64,000 nt of DNA from Glycera tridactyla (GCA_965644265.1 OZ286461.1:87296001-87360000), one strand, 5' to 3'; shown: positions 1-59,416, counted from the first letter of the stretch. The notes: generated from the letters alone by a model not told the origin. Numbers and translations are program-made.

Positions 1-52
1 CACGTTCTTGATGTGCTGCAGCTAAGTTAATGTGATGCTAACTACAGCTGTT

Positions 53-66
53 GTTACCGTGGTAAC
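53..66. promoter_or_regulatory. RFX X-box-like site
   Basis: GTTACCGTGGTAAC. Confidence 0.45.
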
Positions 67-539
67 AGGCCGGTCCATTCCATCAAGATCAGGTTTTTCT
101 GTCTCTCTCTCTCCTCTGAGCACCACCGGAGATCTGTGGACCGTTCAGCTATGATCCCAGTCTACACTTTCACTCCACCAGATGGCAGGTTCTTCTCCTT
201 ACCCTGGGATGAGATAAATGTTACATTTATCTGGCGGCAACCTCTGGTGATCAACTCTGCTGTCTTTACCGGAGGTGTGAGGTTAGAAATGTGCATAATG
301 GCTCCACCGCTGACCAGAACGATCAGGTTCACCAAGATGATGTGCTGGCAACGTGGTTAATGTAGGCACCCAAACTCTGCTGATCAATCTGACATATTTA
401 CTGGAGTAACTGGCCTCTGATACAGACTCCATACATCCACTCTGTGTTTACCTCCTCCACATTGAGAAAGCTATTTATCCACATTTCTATCAGCTCAATA
501 AATATTCCCGAAGCCTCATCTCTGATTACCCATATTTCT

Positions 540-634
540 TGTGTGTGTGTGTGCGTGTGTGTGTGTGTGTGCATGCTTGTTTGTGTGTGTGTGCACACAT
601 GCGCATTCGTGTGTGCGCATGTGCGTGTTTGTGC
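540..634. repeat. (TG)n-rich microsatellite
   Basis: Direct reading of the sequence. Confidence 0.9.
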
Positions 635-2798
635 ACTAATTGCATTTCTTGGCATTCAAAAATATGCTTTCTATGTATATATTATTCGATTGCCATAAAC
701 GGAAGCAGACAGTGGCCTGTTTCATATTCATTTGACAGTCTCACTTCAGGTGCATGACATAGAATGAAATACTATTTGGGGGCTCATTTACTGTTGAATT
801 ATTATGTCATGTTTATATGCATTCTGATACTTTTCTCTGCTTAAAAGAATGCGGGGAGACGACAGGAGATATGTAAAGATGGGTTAGATTGGCTGGCAGG
901 TGCCAGGCAAGCGTTATACAACTGACTGTCAGACAGAGACGCCAGGCAGGTTGATTTCTGCTGAATGCTTCCCATGAAGTCTGGCTCTTACTTCTTGGTA
1001 ACCATGCCAATATAAAATACCTGTAACATTAGGAAGCCACTCACTTCTATCCACAAATAGCATCATCCAGTACACTAAAGATCCGATTATGATATCACAC
1101 AAATGTGTTTGTGGATTTCCAGGTTTTTTATTGCAAATGCAGCAGTCCATGCTTGCAAGAAGGAGCACTTCATGCTGAATGTGTTGGATTTTAGATCATG
1201 AAAATCGGACCAGAATTAGCAAAGATAGATGCAAATATCTGCAAGAGATGAATCTATTCCTCTCGAGAAATTCCTCCATCATTTGCAAATAATTGCATGA
1301 TGTGAATTTAACCTATGAACTGGTGAAAATTGATGGATTCCTTTCTGTGATCAAATCTGCTCAAATTTTCTCCTTGTATTTTGTCTTCTTTGTTGGATAG
1401 GTTCCTCCCTTTCTGGGCAGGAATACACCAAAACAAATTTGCCAACCCAGTGGATTTGAGATTCATCATCTCATCTCAATGTTTCCTCAGCCGTGACTAT
1501 TTTGACCAAGTTATCATAACCTGTCCACTGGCCTCAATCTACCTATCCATTGGTAGGTTGGTGGCTATCTCCCCTGTTCCCTGGGGTTTGGCACAGATGT
1601 TGGCTTGGTACAGTTCAGCAAATTCCTGCATATTTATGGCTATCAGGTCAGAGAGAGTTTAGATGCTGGATCATCCTGGCATTGGGGTCCATTTCTATGA
1701 AATTCACATGCACACTCCTCAGTTGCTATGGTTTTCCCAAAGACTGCAGCACTTCGGAGAAAGTCCCTACATGTAAATAGATTTTGAGACCGTGACTGTA
1801 GCAGAATGGTATCTGGATTAACTTCAATTGAACATCCCCTGAAGCTTAGGAATGTGCTCTGATCATAGCTTTATTGCATTAGAAGTGTTGATAGGTCAAC
1901 TATGTTCTGGTGAAACCCTTGCCAGGCTTTGTTGTTCTAGGAAGGGTAGACCTCCAGGAGGGGAGTCAGTGCACTGCAGATATCATGGGGCTAGGGGATC
2001 GGAGCCAAGGGATCATATCAGTAAGACTCAAGTTTGCCCTACCCTTGTTAGGCAAATAGTCGGGATCGGATTCTCAAAATTCCACAGGCTGAAAACCATG
2101 CAGTATCAGCAATAAACCTGAGAAAATGCACCCATATTGATAGTGAGCGTGGAGAGTTTTGAGGGAAAGGGCTTGAACATGAAGCGAACCTTGGGTTCAT
2201 CTGTCTGCAGGCTTGTGCCAGGATTTGTGATTGTTTGGATTGATTTACCCACATGCCGGGGGGCCACAAATCAGAGGAGATCCTTCAGTAAGAGATCCAG
2301 TGCACAAAAGGCTGGGATCGAAAGGCTGGGATCGCAAGGCTGGAATCGAACATACTACTTCAAAGTTCACCAATACTGCATTCAGGCAACCAATTAGATC
2401 AATGTGAAAATCAACAACATGTATGTTCCCATCTTGAAACTGAATTTCAAAAGATCTACATAGCTTAGCATGTTTCAATCTTGGATCTTTTGCAAAGAAA
2501 AGGATACCCTCTTGGACTGAAAGGATAAGCTTGGCTTGGAAGATCTGGTTATTCCAATGAGAGCGAGAGCTTCAATGACTATTTTATTTCACCATATTTG
2601 TCGGTTGAGGCAATGAATTCTAGTAGTCTCTAATGAATGGTTGGGCTTGGTAGAGCTGGGCAAGTCTTTGTTTGTATGGTGCTGACCATCTAAGAGCAGC
2701 CATCAATGATGTAACCTCAAACCATATATCAAGTGTCACAGCGTTAAAACCTCCAGAGTCATGGATTGTTATAACTGATTTGTTTCTTACTTTTGCAG

Positions 2799-47574
<44,776 letters not shown>

Positions 47575-50500
47575 ACTTCCAACCAGCTAGTGACTGTGGG
47601 ATAATTTGGAAACTTCCGTCATGCCATGCCATATGCACACACACACCCACCCACCACCGTAGTCACATGCGTGCACACAGATGCATAGGCAAGCACTGCC
47701 CTGACACCAGATGTCACTCGATGGTTTCGAAAGATTTCCCGCCATCGAAAGTAGACTGGTGAAGCTACAACTCTGGTCTCTCGAGGAATAAAAAATCAAG
47801 ATTTGCACTCTTGATAGACAGATGGCATTTTGAACAAGGACATAACAGAAGATTGGAAGCCACACGTGAATTCCAAGAGATATCCAGCAACAGCAGCGGG
47901 GTGAGACACTGGTGGTTTCAGTCTGAGTTTTGCATTGTTTGCTATGCATAGAATCGAGCACATTGTATCGTCTTATCCCGCTACCATCGTCCCCACGTGG
48001 AGACAGAGGACCGTGAATTCAAACACAAACTGTCAATGTGTGGAAGCATCAGTCCCGGGGCGAGTGGGTGAAGACAGCTTGTGTACTGTGGATGTACATG
48101 TGCTCTTGTTTGTGCTACCAAGGAATCATCAATCTGGCTGCCGTATAAGTATATGATAATCCTGGCAGATCCATGGTGTACGTTCTTTTTTTGTGTGTCA
48201 CGTGGAGAAATCGAGTCCCATCGCTCACCTGTGCTGCAGCATTACCGGGTGTCGGACCAAGTATTGACCAGCGGGATGCGGTATCGGAGCTACACGTTTA
48301 TCATCATGAATCGATCATCTTGGCATCAAACTTAATGACGTCAGCAATTTGAATCTCTGCCACCACAATGGTGGGCCCCTGCTGGAGGACCTTGGCCTTC
48401 CATTGGGTGCATGCAGATATCACAAGCAAGCTTTCTTGCACAGTAAGAAGCATGAACTCTCATGGTCATGTCAGTGTGTTACCTTGTAAAATGCTATTAC
48501 TATGGGAGAAAGTGGTCGAGATGGGTGCGATGATTTCAGTATTTTCATGGACTACATTCAAAGCAGATGGTGGGTATGAATACAGCAGAAATAAGGACAG
48601 TAATGTTTCATGAAACATATTCAAAGGCAGCAAGAAGTGTATTGTTTTTATTGCTGTATTTCTTGGCTCTCTGTTGCTATAAGCATGGAGCATTTTTGTT
48701 TGCTTTAGATGTAGTCAGCTAGATTAAAAAGAGATCCTGCCTGAAGAGCCTACAGTTGACAGGCCAGGGACGAACTGCCACAAAAGACAGGGATGAAATA
48801 ACCGCCACCTCTCCGGTGATGTTTACAATATGACGATGAAGGTTGTTGATGCTTGTCAGAAACTGAAGGCCAAAAATGCCCAAAGTTTAAACAAAAGGAC
48901 TATAAATATTCATTTTCCTAGTTTGTGGAGCACAGTACGGTACAATGGAAAAAATGTTCACGACATTTCCCAGTGAGCTGGCCTGACTCACATGCTTGAG
49001 GTTGTTCATTTGCAAAAAAAACAAACTTATGTGGATTATTTGTGAGAAAACCTGTCAAAATGTGTACAGAATGAACATTAGCGTCCAAACTGTATACATG
49101 AAACTATCTAGGTTTGTACATAGTTTTACTGAAGTTTAGATGTATGCTATGAGAAATGTATGATTGAGGTCATCTGTCACCTCAGATTTAAGGTCACAGT
49201 GATATGATGTGACCTTTTTGTGTGACATCCAGTGGTGTGAATACCAGAATCACGATCTCTAAATGCTAGAATACCATGCAGATGTACAGAGAAACCTCCA
49301 CTTTTTAAAATGGTGCAATGAATTTTGAGTAGTTTCATGTAGATCGATCAGTCTGGAAGACCCCCCACCTCCTGGCTACTAAATTGCCCTTGAGTTTCCC
49401 AACCATGTGTTTCAGAGCCCAGTATTCAAATTGTGCAGAGCTGGAAATTTCACTTAAAATTTGAGGTCCCAGAAATGTTTATATGTTCACATCAAAGGTG
49501 GAGAATGAACCTTTCATATATTGGTCGCACATGCTGCATGTATATGTTCCCAGAAACTACTGGTTTCTTGTCAGTCGAGGTTTCGACAGCTTTCTGAAGT
49601 CAGTCATCATCACAAGGTTTATATTATCACACTGTAGAGATTGCATCATCATAATCACTTATGGATGAATAAACTCAGAGATAAGCGATATTTTCGAAAT
49701 TGAAACTCAATTGATGTACAATTGGAGTGCGCACATTGTGCTGAATATTTCAATGTTCAGATCAAGTAAGTCAGACCAGAACTAGTGGTCATTCTGTACA
49801 AAATGTGCAGGTGACCCAGCAAGTCTTCTATAACGCTTGTCTTATTTTACCATAATCCAATAAGTGGCTGATATCATTCAAAAATGAAGTGAATATTCAT
49901 CGCATATCTCACAGGTGGGGGATGATTTGCAAGGATATTGATAGTTTCTTGTTGCAAGTTATTCACATCTTGAATCGTGGATCAGATCCAGCTCTGGACG
50001 AAAGCCACCCCTTTCAGTGTCGTTATTTTCCAAATTGGAGCAGGAGCAGTCACCCCAGTCTCAATAGTTTTCTCTGATGACCATTGCGTGACTCCTTGCC
50101 ATTCAATCGGATCCGATGATTATGATGGTACTACTTTCATGGTGTGGTGATACATTTTGTGAGTATGCGATGGTAACTTCTAGAGGCTGTTGCAGTTTCT
50201 ATTTGCTGGCTCAGCATTTGACAGTATAGTGCTCCAAGGGTTGTCCTCAAATTGATTCCTGCGCTTCTTACTTATCAATACAACCCACAATCTTATGGTG
50301 CTTTGGTGAATCTGTAAACTGTGACTGTTAGTGTCTATGTCGATTTACATTTGGAACAACTTGGAGCTGTGGATGTACTTGGGACTTTCTCAGGTGCACA
50401 ATGGCTGGGAATAGAACCATGGCCTATTTCACTGGAATTAAGATGGATTCTTGTCCCAAATCGTGTTGGTGAAATGGCCCCCTGTGAAAGCCTTGGCATG

Positions 50501-53500
50501 ACGTGTGTATCCACTGCTCAGTCTGGGGCCAGTTACATGAAGCTGCAGGGAATTCCAACAACAAATAATCGGAACACCAATGATGACGATTTTCTAATCT
50601 GATAGAATGATCATGTCCTCTGACCAGGGCGCTGTTTTCATTTGAGTCAAGATTTCTGAATCTGTGAAGAAACATTGCAATCTTGAGTCCTTCTCAAACT
50701 CCAGATTCATATCTCAACATTTGTATAAAAAAATATTCACTCGGAGTCCCTGCGGCTAAAAAGATTGTCCCAGACTCATCTTGGCTGATGTTCTTGAAAC
50801 CCACTTCAGCTGGTATCGGTAGCCCCCCATTATTCCCCGTAACCATTTTACATGGCTAGAATGTCAAATCATGGGCACTGTTATGTTGTTCATTTGACTT
50901 GAATCACAGAACACTTGAGAACTACAGTATAACCTGTCTTGGGAGACCGCCCCATACGCCAACAAAAAGTGGTCTCTCAAGACAGGTGGTCTTTCATTGG
51001 AGGTATATTTGACTATGTCATATAGAGAAGAGTCAATAAAGAACGGTCTCCCTTTAGAGGGTGGTCTCCCAAAAGAGGGGTCTCCCAAGACAGGTTTCAC
51101 TGTACTATCAAACATACCGCTATCTTGATCATGGTTTTGAATTGCTTTTGGATGTAATGATACTGCAGAAATTGGGGCACTTTTTTTTCGAGTGTGTGAA
51201 TTGGAACTGGATATACGAATATTGAATCGCAATTAATCTTTGAATCAAACAAGTCCTCAAAAAAAAGAAGGAATACTTTGTACTTGAATATCATCATTAG
51301 AAGCTCACCACCACATTACACAACTTTTCATGTAGTTTCCAGGCTTCAATTGAAATTGGAAAAATATTAGATTTTTATTTCCGGGGTACCAGCTTTAGTG
51401 GGTTGATTAGTTTTAAATAGTGAGCAATTTCACAGATTTTTTCTATCACATTATTATGAATGAGATAAAAGTGATGACTATGTTTTTATATACACAGATT
51501 GTATTTTAAATACCATGACGTTGCAAAATTGGGAGCCGTGTGAATAAACCTATGCCAACATATCTGCACTCGCATTCATCGTGCATCAGACAAACAAATG
51601 CGCCAACTTGCATCATGCGGAGAAAAGAAAATCACCTATTTAATTTTGTACTTAAAAAATCATTGGAAGATTTTAGAGCAAAACTGTATTCACAATTCAT
51701 CCAATATTTAGAGATTATTTTATTTTGGTGTCTTTACTTACAGCGTGCAACGTGGCATTGCACTGTAGTGGTGCAGTGCATCTTTTAACCATGTTCTTTG
51801 TCTCTGTACATAGAAAATGTTGCTGATCGCATGGTGTGTGACAGTTAACACATGTTTATATGTCTGTCTTTAATGTATAATGATGTTATATTTAAATTAT
51901 ACAACCATATTGTGATGAACTTTAAGCATTTGTAGCCAGCCAATCATAGCAATTGTTACATAGCCACAAGATATTTATTGCCAATGGCTGCCAAGGTTAC
52001 AATGTTTTGGCGAATCATGCAATAACCGTGACAGAAATGTGCAAACACAAATTCCCTTTTTATTTCTTCAAATGAAGGGTCACACAAATGGTAGCCATTT
52101 CTTTGATGATCACACTACTAAGTACATACTATATTTATTTGTTAGACCAGGCAGGTTAACACATCTCCTCCAGAAACTAGGGAAGCATTTCTTCGAAATA
52201 CCCGAAAAAACCAATGCAGAATTCCACAATTCTCTACTTATACAAGTACATAACTGAGTCAGCCACACAACTAGGCCTGTCATGCTCATTTTTGTTTCAG
52301 CAATACGTAGCACTTGTTTTGCTGGATAAGAGGGAACTTTCGACTCCTCATTATTTGAAAGCTCCACTTGTAGATTCACATCTCTGCCTCAGTTAGGGTT
52401 CTGTTTCCTTGGTTACTTTTTGTTGAATTTCAAATTGGTGTCGCTCATTTCATCGCCTATATCATTTATTAATTCATGCAGCAGGAGAACTTGCTTGCCA
52501 ATGCTGAGTGCCCACTATTTGTTTCCTGATTGGAATTACAGTACTTTGAGAAGACATCATCATGTCTCAGATATTTTCCTCGTGCTAGCTTCACCAATCT
52601 AATAAATGTGATGATTGCAACTGAATCAAAAGTATTTCAATGAAAAATGCAGATGCACTTTGATGCATAATGCTCACTCCTATGTGAGATCACTGATCAA
52701 TATCCCATCATGGGGTACCATAATTAACAGAGTAAGGGCGACCTCAGTATTTCATATAAACATTGAAAATCGACTCAGTATCGACAGTTCAATTTAAACA
52801 GCATTGATTTAAGTTGATGAGTGACATTTCCTCAGTTGCTGTCACATTTGAGTTATATGACACCAATGTTGATTAGTCATTCTGATGTTATTTTTATACT
52901 GATAGTAACTTCATGCAGGCTACAGGATATCGTTTGAGGATATCCCTGCATTTCCTGGCAAAGTAATATTGATGGATAACAGTTCTCCATCACATGAGCC
53001 CACTATTTACGATCATCCTTAAGAATGATTGCATGCATTTTTGGCACATCATATTGTGAGGGTACTGGTAATGCTAGATACAATCGGCTTAAAATTTTTT
53101 CAGTATCATCGATTGGTTGATGGCGACCCTTGTGAAAATGAAGTGCTGGGTAACATACATAGATGACTGGGGCAGAGATGGAAAGGGGCATGAGCTATTA
53201 ATGTATATTTCATGGTTAACCTAATCACTAGTACTGGACGTCACATATCAACTCTGAATCATCAGTCAGGGATGTGGAAAGTAAAATCGGAGGAATTTTG
53301 ATTTTTATCAAAAAATCTTGAAGCTGTGTTATACATTGATGTCAGTCCCGGTTCTCAGGTGATTTTACTGATTACTTGATGACGCTCAGTTGTGTTTTTT
53401 TTTTCATTATTTCATCAATGTGCTTGCTTGCTCAACCCTTGGCTCATTTGGCTTGCCATGTGTTGAACAGATTGGTGCAAAATTTATGTTTGGAGGAAAT

Positions 53501-54650
53501 GGGTTAAGCCTTGTTTCAGGTCAGTTTGTAAGATATCAGCAGTATGTTTAGTATATTTGTATAGAGACTGTGTATTGTATGTTGCTGTGGGGGTGTGATC
53601 CACACCACACATTGTAAATGGACGAATGAAAGTGCTAATTGACAGTGAGGTGTTGAAACATGTAGATCGTAGATGTTACTTGTACATATTTACCACTATT
53701 CAAACAGAGAAATGAGGAAATCTGTTGTAGCTTTACCTCTATGTACCATATGCTCCCATGCAACAGTCTCCCATTTTATACAGATTATTTATGTCGGACC
53801 ACCCCTCTTTGTGCTCTTTGTACATAGGGAGGAAACCCCCACATCACTCTAAGACAGTTAGTTCTCAGACAAAACCATTCTAAAGTATCAAGACAAAGTA
53901 TTTATCGTTTGGTGAACCAACAGTAAAATGAGAGCTCAAGTGAATTTTCTCAAACTTGCCAAGTATTCGTCTCATTTTGGTGACAGAATATCTTGCAATA
54001 ACTCAATAGGCCACCAGTTTGAATATAACTGGTAGGCTACATTGTAATGAGGACCTCTGCTACAGATTGCAAATGTTGATGGTAGCTGACCGGAAAAGTT
54101 GAGTGAAGTTTGAGAAAATGTACTTGAGCTTCAGTTGGTGAATTTCGTCCTTTACAGTCAACCTCAAGCTACTAAAGTTTCTCACCATATACTGGTATTT
54201 ATTATGGCAAGAATGGCCACCACTGGAAAAGTTGGAATCATCATATTCACCTTTTGATTTTTCACTTGTCACTCACTTTTGAAAACTGGCAAACTGAATG
54301 CCATGGGACCATATCACAAAACATTAAGGAGTATATCAAGATCACCATGTCATGTGTGAAATTATACAAACTGCATGTTTCTCTTGATTCCCATACCTAA
54401 GAATGTGCATGTTTCTATTTTGGGTTCGAGTTAGATGACTTCTGCGGAACTGGCCCCTCTTTGGGATTGCGTAATTTATGTCCTATATAAGCAGCCATGT
54501 GATTGGTGGATATTCAGACTGTTTGATTGGTCGTATAATGGAGCAGGCCATCTGTTGAGGATCACAAACAATCTCGTATAAAGCTTGTCAGTATTTATAT
54601 ATTCTAGATGGAATAAATACTATTTGTATAGAGAACAGTTTATATTTAAT
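47575..54650 (+). other. Probable long 3' UTR of ZMIZ (end uncertain)
   Basis: Follows the stop with no recognisable ORF. It has several AATAAA candidates (e.g. 54612-54617) and TGTACATA at 49115, 51805, 53681 and 53819. The end point is inferred only. Confidence 0.35.
50923..51104. mobile_element. TA-CAGT MITE (182 bp), inside probable 3' UTR
   Basis: TACAGTATAACCTGTCTTGGGAGACC ... GGTCTCCCAAGACAGGTTTCACTGTA: near-perfect TIRs of about 26 bp with TA flanks. Confidence 0.85.
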
Positions 54651-56455
54651 AGATAAGATATACCACAAAATATTTCTGGTTTACACATTTTGAAGCATTC
54701 ATACACATATATTCGACACAGCTCTCTCATCCCTATCATTGTATGTGCTCCCATAAGGCATAATCAGTTTTTTGTTTCCGTAATATTTGCTTGCCAGGCA
54801 AGTACAATACGCCAGATGCACGAGGTGCTGCTGATTCATCAATGGCGCATCAACGGAAAATGCATTTATCCGTCAATTCACACTCTGACGTCATTTAGGA
54901 AGACGTCATCAATGACCAATAGCAGTTTCATATCATCTATTATTTCATTTTTGTATGAGAAAATATGACAGTTCTGACCAATATATTCCCAATTCTATGT
55001 CGTGAAATTTGGTCAAAGATAATGTTACTTTTCTTCAAAAGCATCACTGTTTCATCATCCTAATTTGCACTTATAGTTCAGTATAGAAAATCATGGAACT
55101 TCATTTAGCATTTATTACTAATTAATTTGTGAGCCATCTCATTTTTTCAGTGTAATATATTATTAGATATTTTTGTAAAATTAAGAAAAGATATAATTTG
55201 ACATATTTTTACAGCATGGTTTGATCTCAGTTAATCATCTGTCACTAACTTTCAGATTTGGGAGATATTTTTCTGCTAGCTGTCAGTGCCCTTTTAATCG
55301 ACACAGTCCCGGTTGTCTCTGACACAAACTGCGCATGTTACTACAATACCATTAATTTGGAGGGGGAAACATGAGGCATCTTATCTCATTATCCTTGGAT
55401 TTCCCAAAATGTTGGTATGGTTAGTCTGATTGATGATAAAGTCACTGTATATCACAGATGTACCCAAACTTGACGTGGTCTCCTCAGCAAGTTGGCAGTA
55501 AATAATTGAACGCCTAAGGCCATTGACTGTATTTGTGACTAATGAGTGATTAGAAATTTTCTTTTGTTATTTTGATCCTATTCCACACTTCAAAGTAGTT
55601 TGAGGTGTATATTCGGAAGTACATGTAAATCCCATGTGCTGTAATTGAGGAACTTCCCCCGTTGTTTTGGATCAATCCCATGTTTTCAAACGCTTCAAAT
55701 TCACGCCTTCACCATGGCCAAAATTCTGTACATGGAGTGAAAATTAGACGCATGAGAAGGGTTTTTACATACATGTAATGGGACTAGTGATGCATGGAGT
55801 GCTGCATCTATCCCCTATCTAAGTATCCTACGAGATACACTACTGACAAATGCGTCCCTTGAGCAAAAGCCAATGCCACATTATGACATGAACTTCCTGC
55901 TTACTGCCATTGTTTTGAAATCAGGAAGAGGCAAAATTATCACTCAGACCATGAATACCCTACCATGGTATTATTGAAGTAGTCTGCAGACAGTACAAGT
56001 CCCATCTCACATAAGAATCTGGCAGAATCGGTCAACTCCCAGGGTGATTATAGGCACCTAAATTCAGATTTGTGCACATCCAAAAGTCAGCTCAAGCCAC
56101 CGCTTGACGAAATCTCAATTATTTCTGCTGTCGGAATAGGAGTACATGTATCAGGTCCAGGGAAGAATTACATGGTTACCGGTAATAGGGACAGCAATAT
56201 CAAATGTGAGTCATTTTCTACAGGATGCAAACCTTGAAAATATCAAGTACAATGTATTCACTGGACACCCAACAGAAACACAGTCACTTCATACATGATC
56301 TTATTTATATCATTTACTTACAAAAGCACAAAAAGATGGTTCTTGAGGGCTACCACAATATTTCATTGGAAATCTCTCAGCATCCTCTTGGAAAAATACT
56401 AGTTTGACGTTTTCAGCCCAACCATGAAATTAAAGTTCTGATGTCTGGTCGATAT

Positions 56456-56603
56456 NNNNNNNNNNNNNNNNNNNNNNNNNNNNNNNNNNNNNNNNNNNNN
56501 NNNNNNNNNNNNNNNNNNNNNNNNNNNNNNNNNNNNNNNNNNNNNNNNNNNNNNNNNNNNNNNNNNNNNNNNNNNNNNNNNNNNNNNNNNNNNNNNNNNN
56601 NNN
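56456..56603. other. Assembly gap (N run)
   Basis: 148 N. Confidence 1.
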
Positions 56604-58429
56604 CGACTTGTGAAATATACAGCATGCAATTCTCTACATCGACTTAGCTCCACATTTTAATAACATACAGACAGGTCTGTTTTTAATCCCTTCAACAGTC
56701 CATATACCTTCTTTCCCGTTGAGACTCGTCGAGACACACACACACGTACAGTCACACAGGCAAACTTGAAGCAGGTGTTTTGTTTTGTTTCTCATTGTCT
56801 GTTACTGTACTGTTAGAATATCAAATCCATATCCCCACCACCCCACTGTCTGTCTTCAGTTTACGATCACTTCAATCAATTATTTCAAGATGATAGTTTT
56901 GTGGAAAAACTGCGTGTAAATTGATCTTGGAGACAATTATCGAGTGTTGCCCTTGTGTCTCAAGTTTTCCCGGATATCATGAGGCCACAGGATCATGAAG
57001 GGTATGAATTTTAGCTGGCCTTTATTCTTGAAACAATCACCCTTTGGACACAGGTATCAAAGCACCAGAATTACTGCACAATCCAGTGCATTGTCAAGGG
57101 CAATGACATATTTTTGGTATGTTCTATTTTCTATACACAAGGTTAGGTGCAGAGAAATATCGTGTAAATCATTTTTTTCTTCAATTGGTCAAAAAAGTCA
57201 CAGATGGTGTGACATTGTTTAAATCCAGAGAAAATTAGTATGTCTCAGGTTTTCTTGAATGTTTTGTTTGACATTCTGACCGAAACTGAAACTGAAGCGG
57301 CAGTGGGAACACAGTGACAGTCACAATGTAGCACATAGTGCAACTTGTGTTTAGTCTGTCCATTTCAAGAATGCCCAGTTCTCCACTGGAAGCCAGTGAA
57401 GATTGAGGTCATGGTTGTGTGGACAGACTATAGTCATGTTTAACCCGAGATCTCATTCACCATTGTTCTCTAATGGAGTGTGGATTCTCTTCGAAATAAA
57501 CAGACTATATTATCATGGTATGAATGGCTGTTGTAAAGAGATCAGACTGAACTTATTGTGCAAGCCAGTTGACAACCATACCACATCTCAGAACCGACTC
57601 CCATGACATGTCAAACATCTGTGTGGTGTCATGACTACCTGTGATCCTTTGCACCAAATATGTAATTTAGTCTATCATTATATGTGATCATTATTTATCT
57701 AATAAAAATATAAGATGTACATACATGCCTCAGTGTTATGTGTTTGTGCTTCATCTCTTCACCATGAAACACTACTGATACATGCCGATAAACCTCAAAC
57801 AAACAAACAAATTGATTCACATCTCATGGCACAGGAAGCAGTTGTTTGGTTGTACAATTGAGGCTTAATGGCATGTATCAACCCAGAGGATTATGTATGC
57901 CATCTGTTTCTGGTCAATGAAAGCTAGATATTCTCTCCCCTGCAGACATCACTCTCACACACCCTGAACACAAGATGATGGGGAACCTGAAAGGTTGTCA
58001 AGTGGACATAGCTGACATTCCAAACACATCTACCTATTTAACATCAGCATAATGAACCTAATGCTGGCATATGTAACTATGTAATTAGCTGGAAGCTGAC
58101 ACTCAAGCCTGATAGCAATGCTTTCTTATTGAGCAAAGCATTCTACAGCACTTGAAAGGAGGGGAAGCATTAGATTTGGAGAATACTCAGCCAATGTGTT
58201 CGATTACAAACTGTCAACTTGTATCCCTCCGCCGGAACGTAAACATGGAAGACTGATTGACTCCCACCTAATTTCGCCACCGGGGGGGTTTGGGGACAAT
58301 ATACGCACCGAAAACATATGAAATAAGAAGAACACAGTACCGAGACGAACATGATGATGGTTTTACGAATCTAAAAGGACTCCCAGCGAATTCGGAGAGG
58401 ATTTTCTGTTATGAAAGACAGCTGAATCC

Positions 58430-59416
58430 ATGACGACGCCGCAACGCGAGAAGAGACCACACGACCAGACTTCGCCAGGTACCAGTACCTCGGATATCGT
58501 TTCCCCACAACTCAAACGTGTAAAATCAGTACCGAACATTGACTATTACTGTCCGCCTCAACAAAGTACCCCCATTAGAGGCGCAGTAGAACCATCTTTT
58601 ACATCGTATATATCAGCAGAAAGCACCATTAAAAACATTGCAAACATGGATCTAGAAGACAGTAAGGAACCGGATCCAGCCTCCACTACCGAAGAGTTCA
58701 CCCAAAATTTCGTGGCCGCACTACAAGATGAAAAAGTACAAATGATCCTCACCAGTTTAATGAAAGGTTTGGCTGGTATACAGGATGAGAGAATAACCAA
58801 ACTGGAGGCGAAAGTATCTGCACAAGACACTAAAATAAATGAGTTGCAAAGCAAGCTAGACGAACGAGAAAAAAAGGAGGCCGCCGCCATACCAGTGCCG
58901 CCTGCCACACCATCAACCAGCACAGAAAGCCCACAGCCGTCACGCTTCCCACCAACGACTCAGAACGATAGAAGCCTAAACCTAATCATCAGGGGCATTG
59001 TGGAACAGGTGAACGAGCATCATGTTGTGACACGCCTATTTAATGAAGAACTGGGCATACCATTCCCGCCTATGGCAATCACAAACTGTACAAGACTTGG
59101 ACGTGTGTCAGCCCAAAGAATGCGCCCAATCAGAGTTAGTTTCTGTGACAGATCATGGCGAGATATGATCTATAATGCACGACTTAATATAAGAGAAAAC
59201 CTGCCCATGGTCTTTATTACGGAGGACCTAGATAGGGAAACTAACCAGCTAGCCTACAAAGCTAGACAGAAAGTCAGAGAAGAACTGGTGAATCGCACAT
59301 GGGTCAGTGATGGAAGTGTATTCATTGTCATCAACGAGGGAGATGAGCCAGTCCGGATTACGTCAGCGGACCAATTACCGCCGTCGCCGCCAAATGAGAA
59401 TCGGCAGAAAGAGTAA
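58430..59416 (+). CDS. LINE ORF1p (coiled coil + RRM/CTD-type nucleic-acid-binding protein), 328 aa
   Basis: Heptad-like segment ITKLEAKVSAQDTKINELQSKLDEREK, then RSLNLIIRGIVE...RLG...RPIRVSF...VFITEDL...TWVSDGSVFI, the motif order typical of L1-like ORF1 proteins in CR1/L2 elements. It lies upstream of an APE-RT ORF. Confidence 0.88.
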   Translation: MTTPQREKRPHDQTSPGTSTSDIVSPQLKRVKSVPNIDYYCPPQQSTPIRGAVEPSFTSYISAESTIKNIANMDLEDSKEPDPASTTEEFTQNFVAALQDEKVQMILTSLMKGLAGIQDERITKLEAKVSAQDTKINELQSKLDEREKKEAAAIPVPPATPSTSTESPQPSRFPPTTQNDRSLNLIIRGIVEQVNEHHVVTRLFNEELGIPFPPMAITNCTRLGRVSAQRMRPIRVSFCDRSWRDMIYNARLNIRENLPMVFITEDLDRETNQLAYKARQKVREELVNRTWVSDGSVFIVINEGDEPVRITSADQLPPSPPNENRQKE

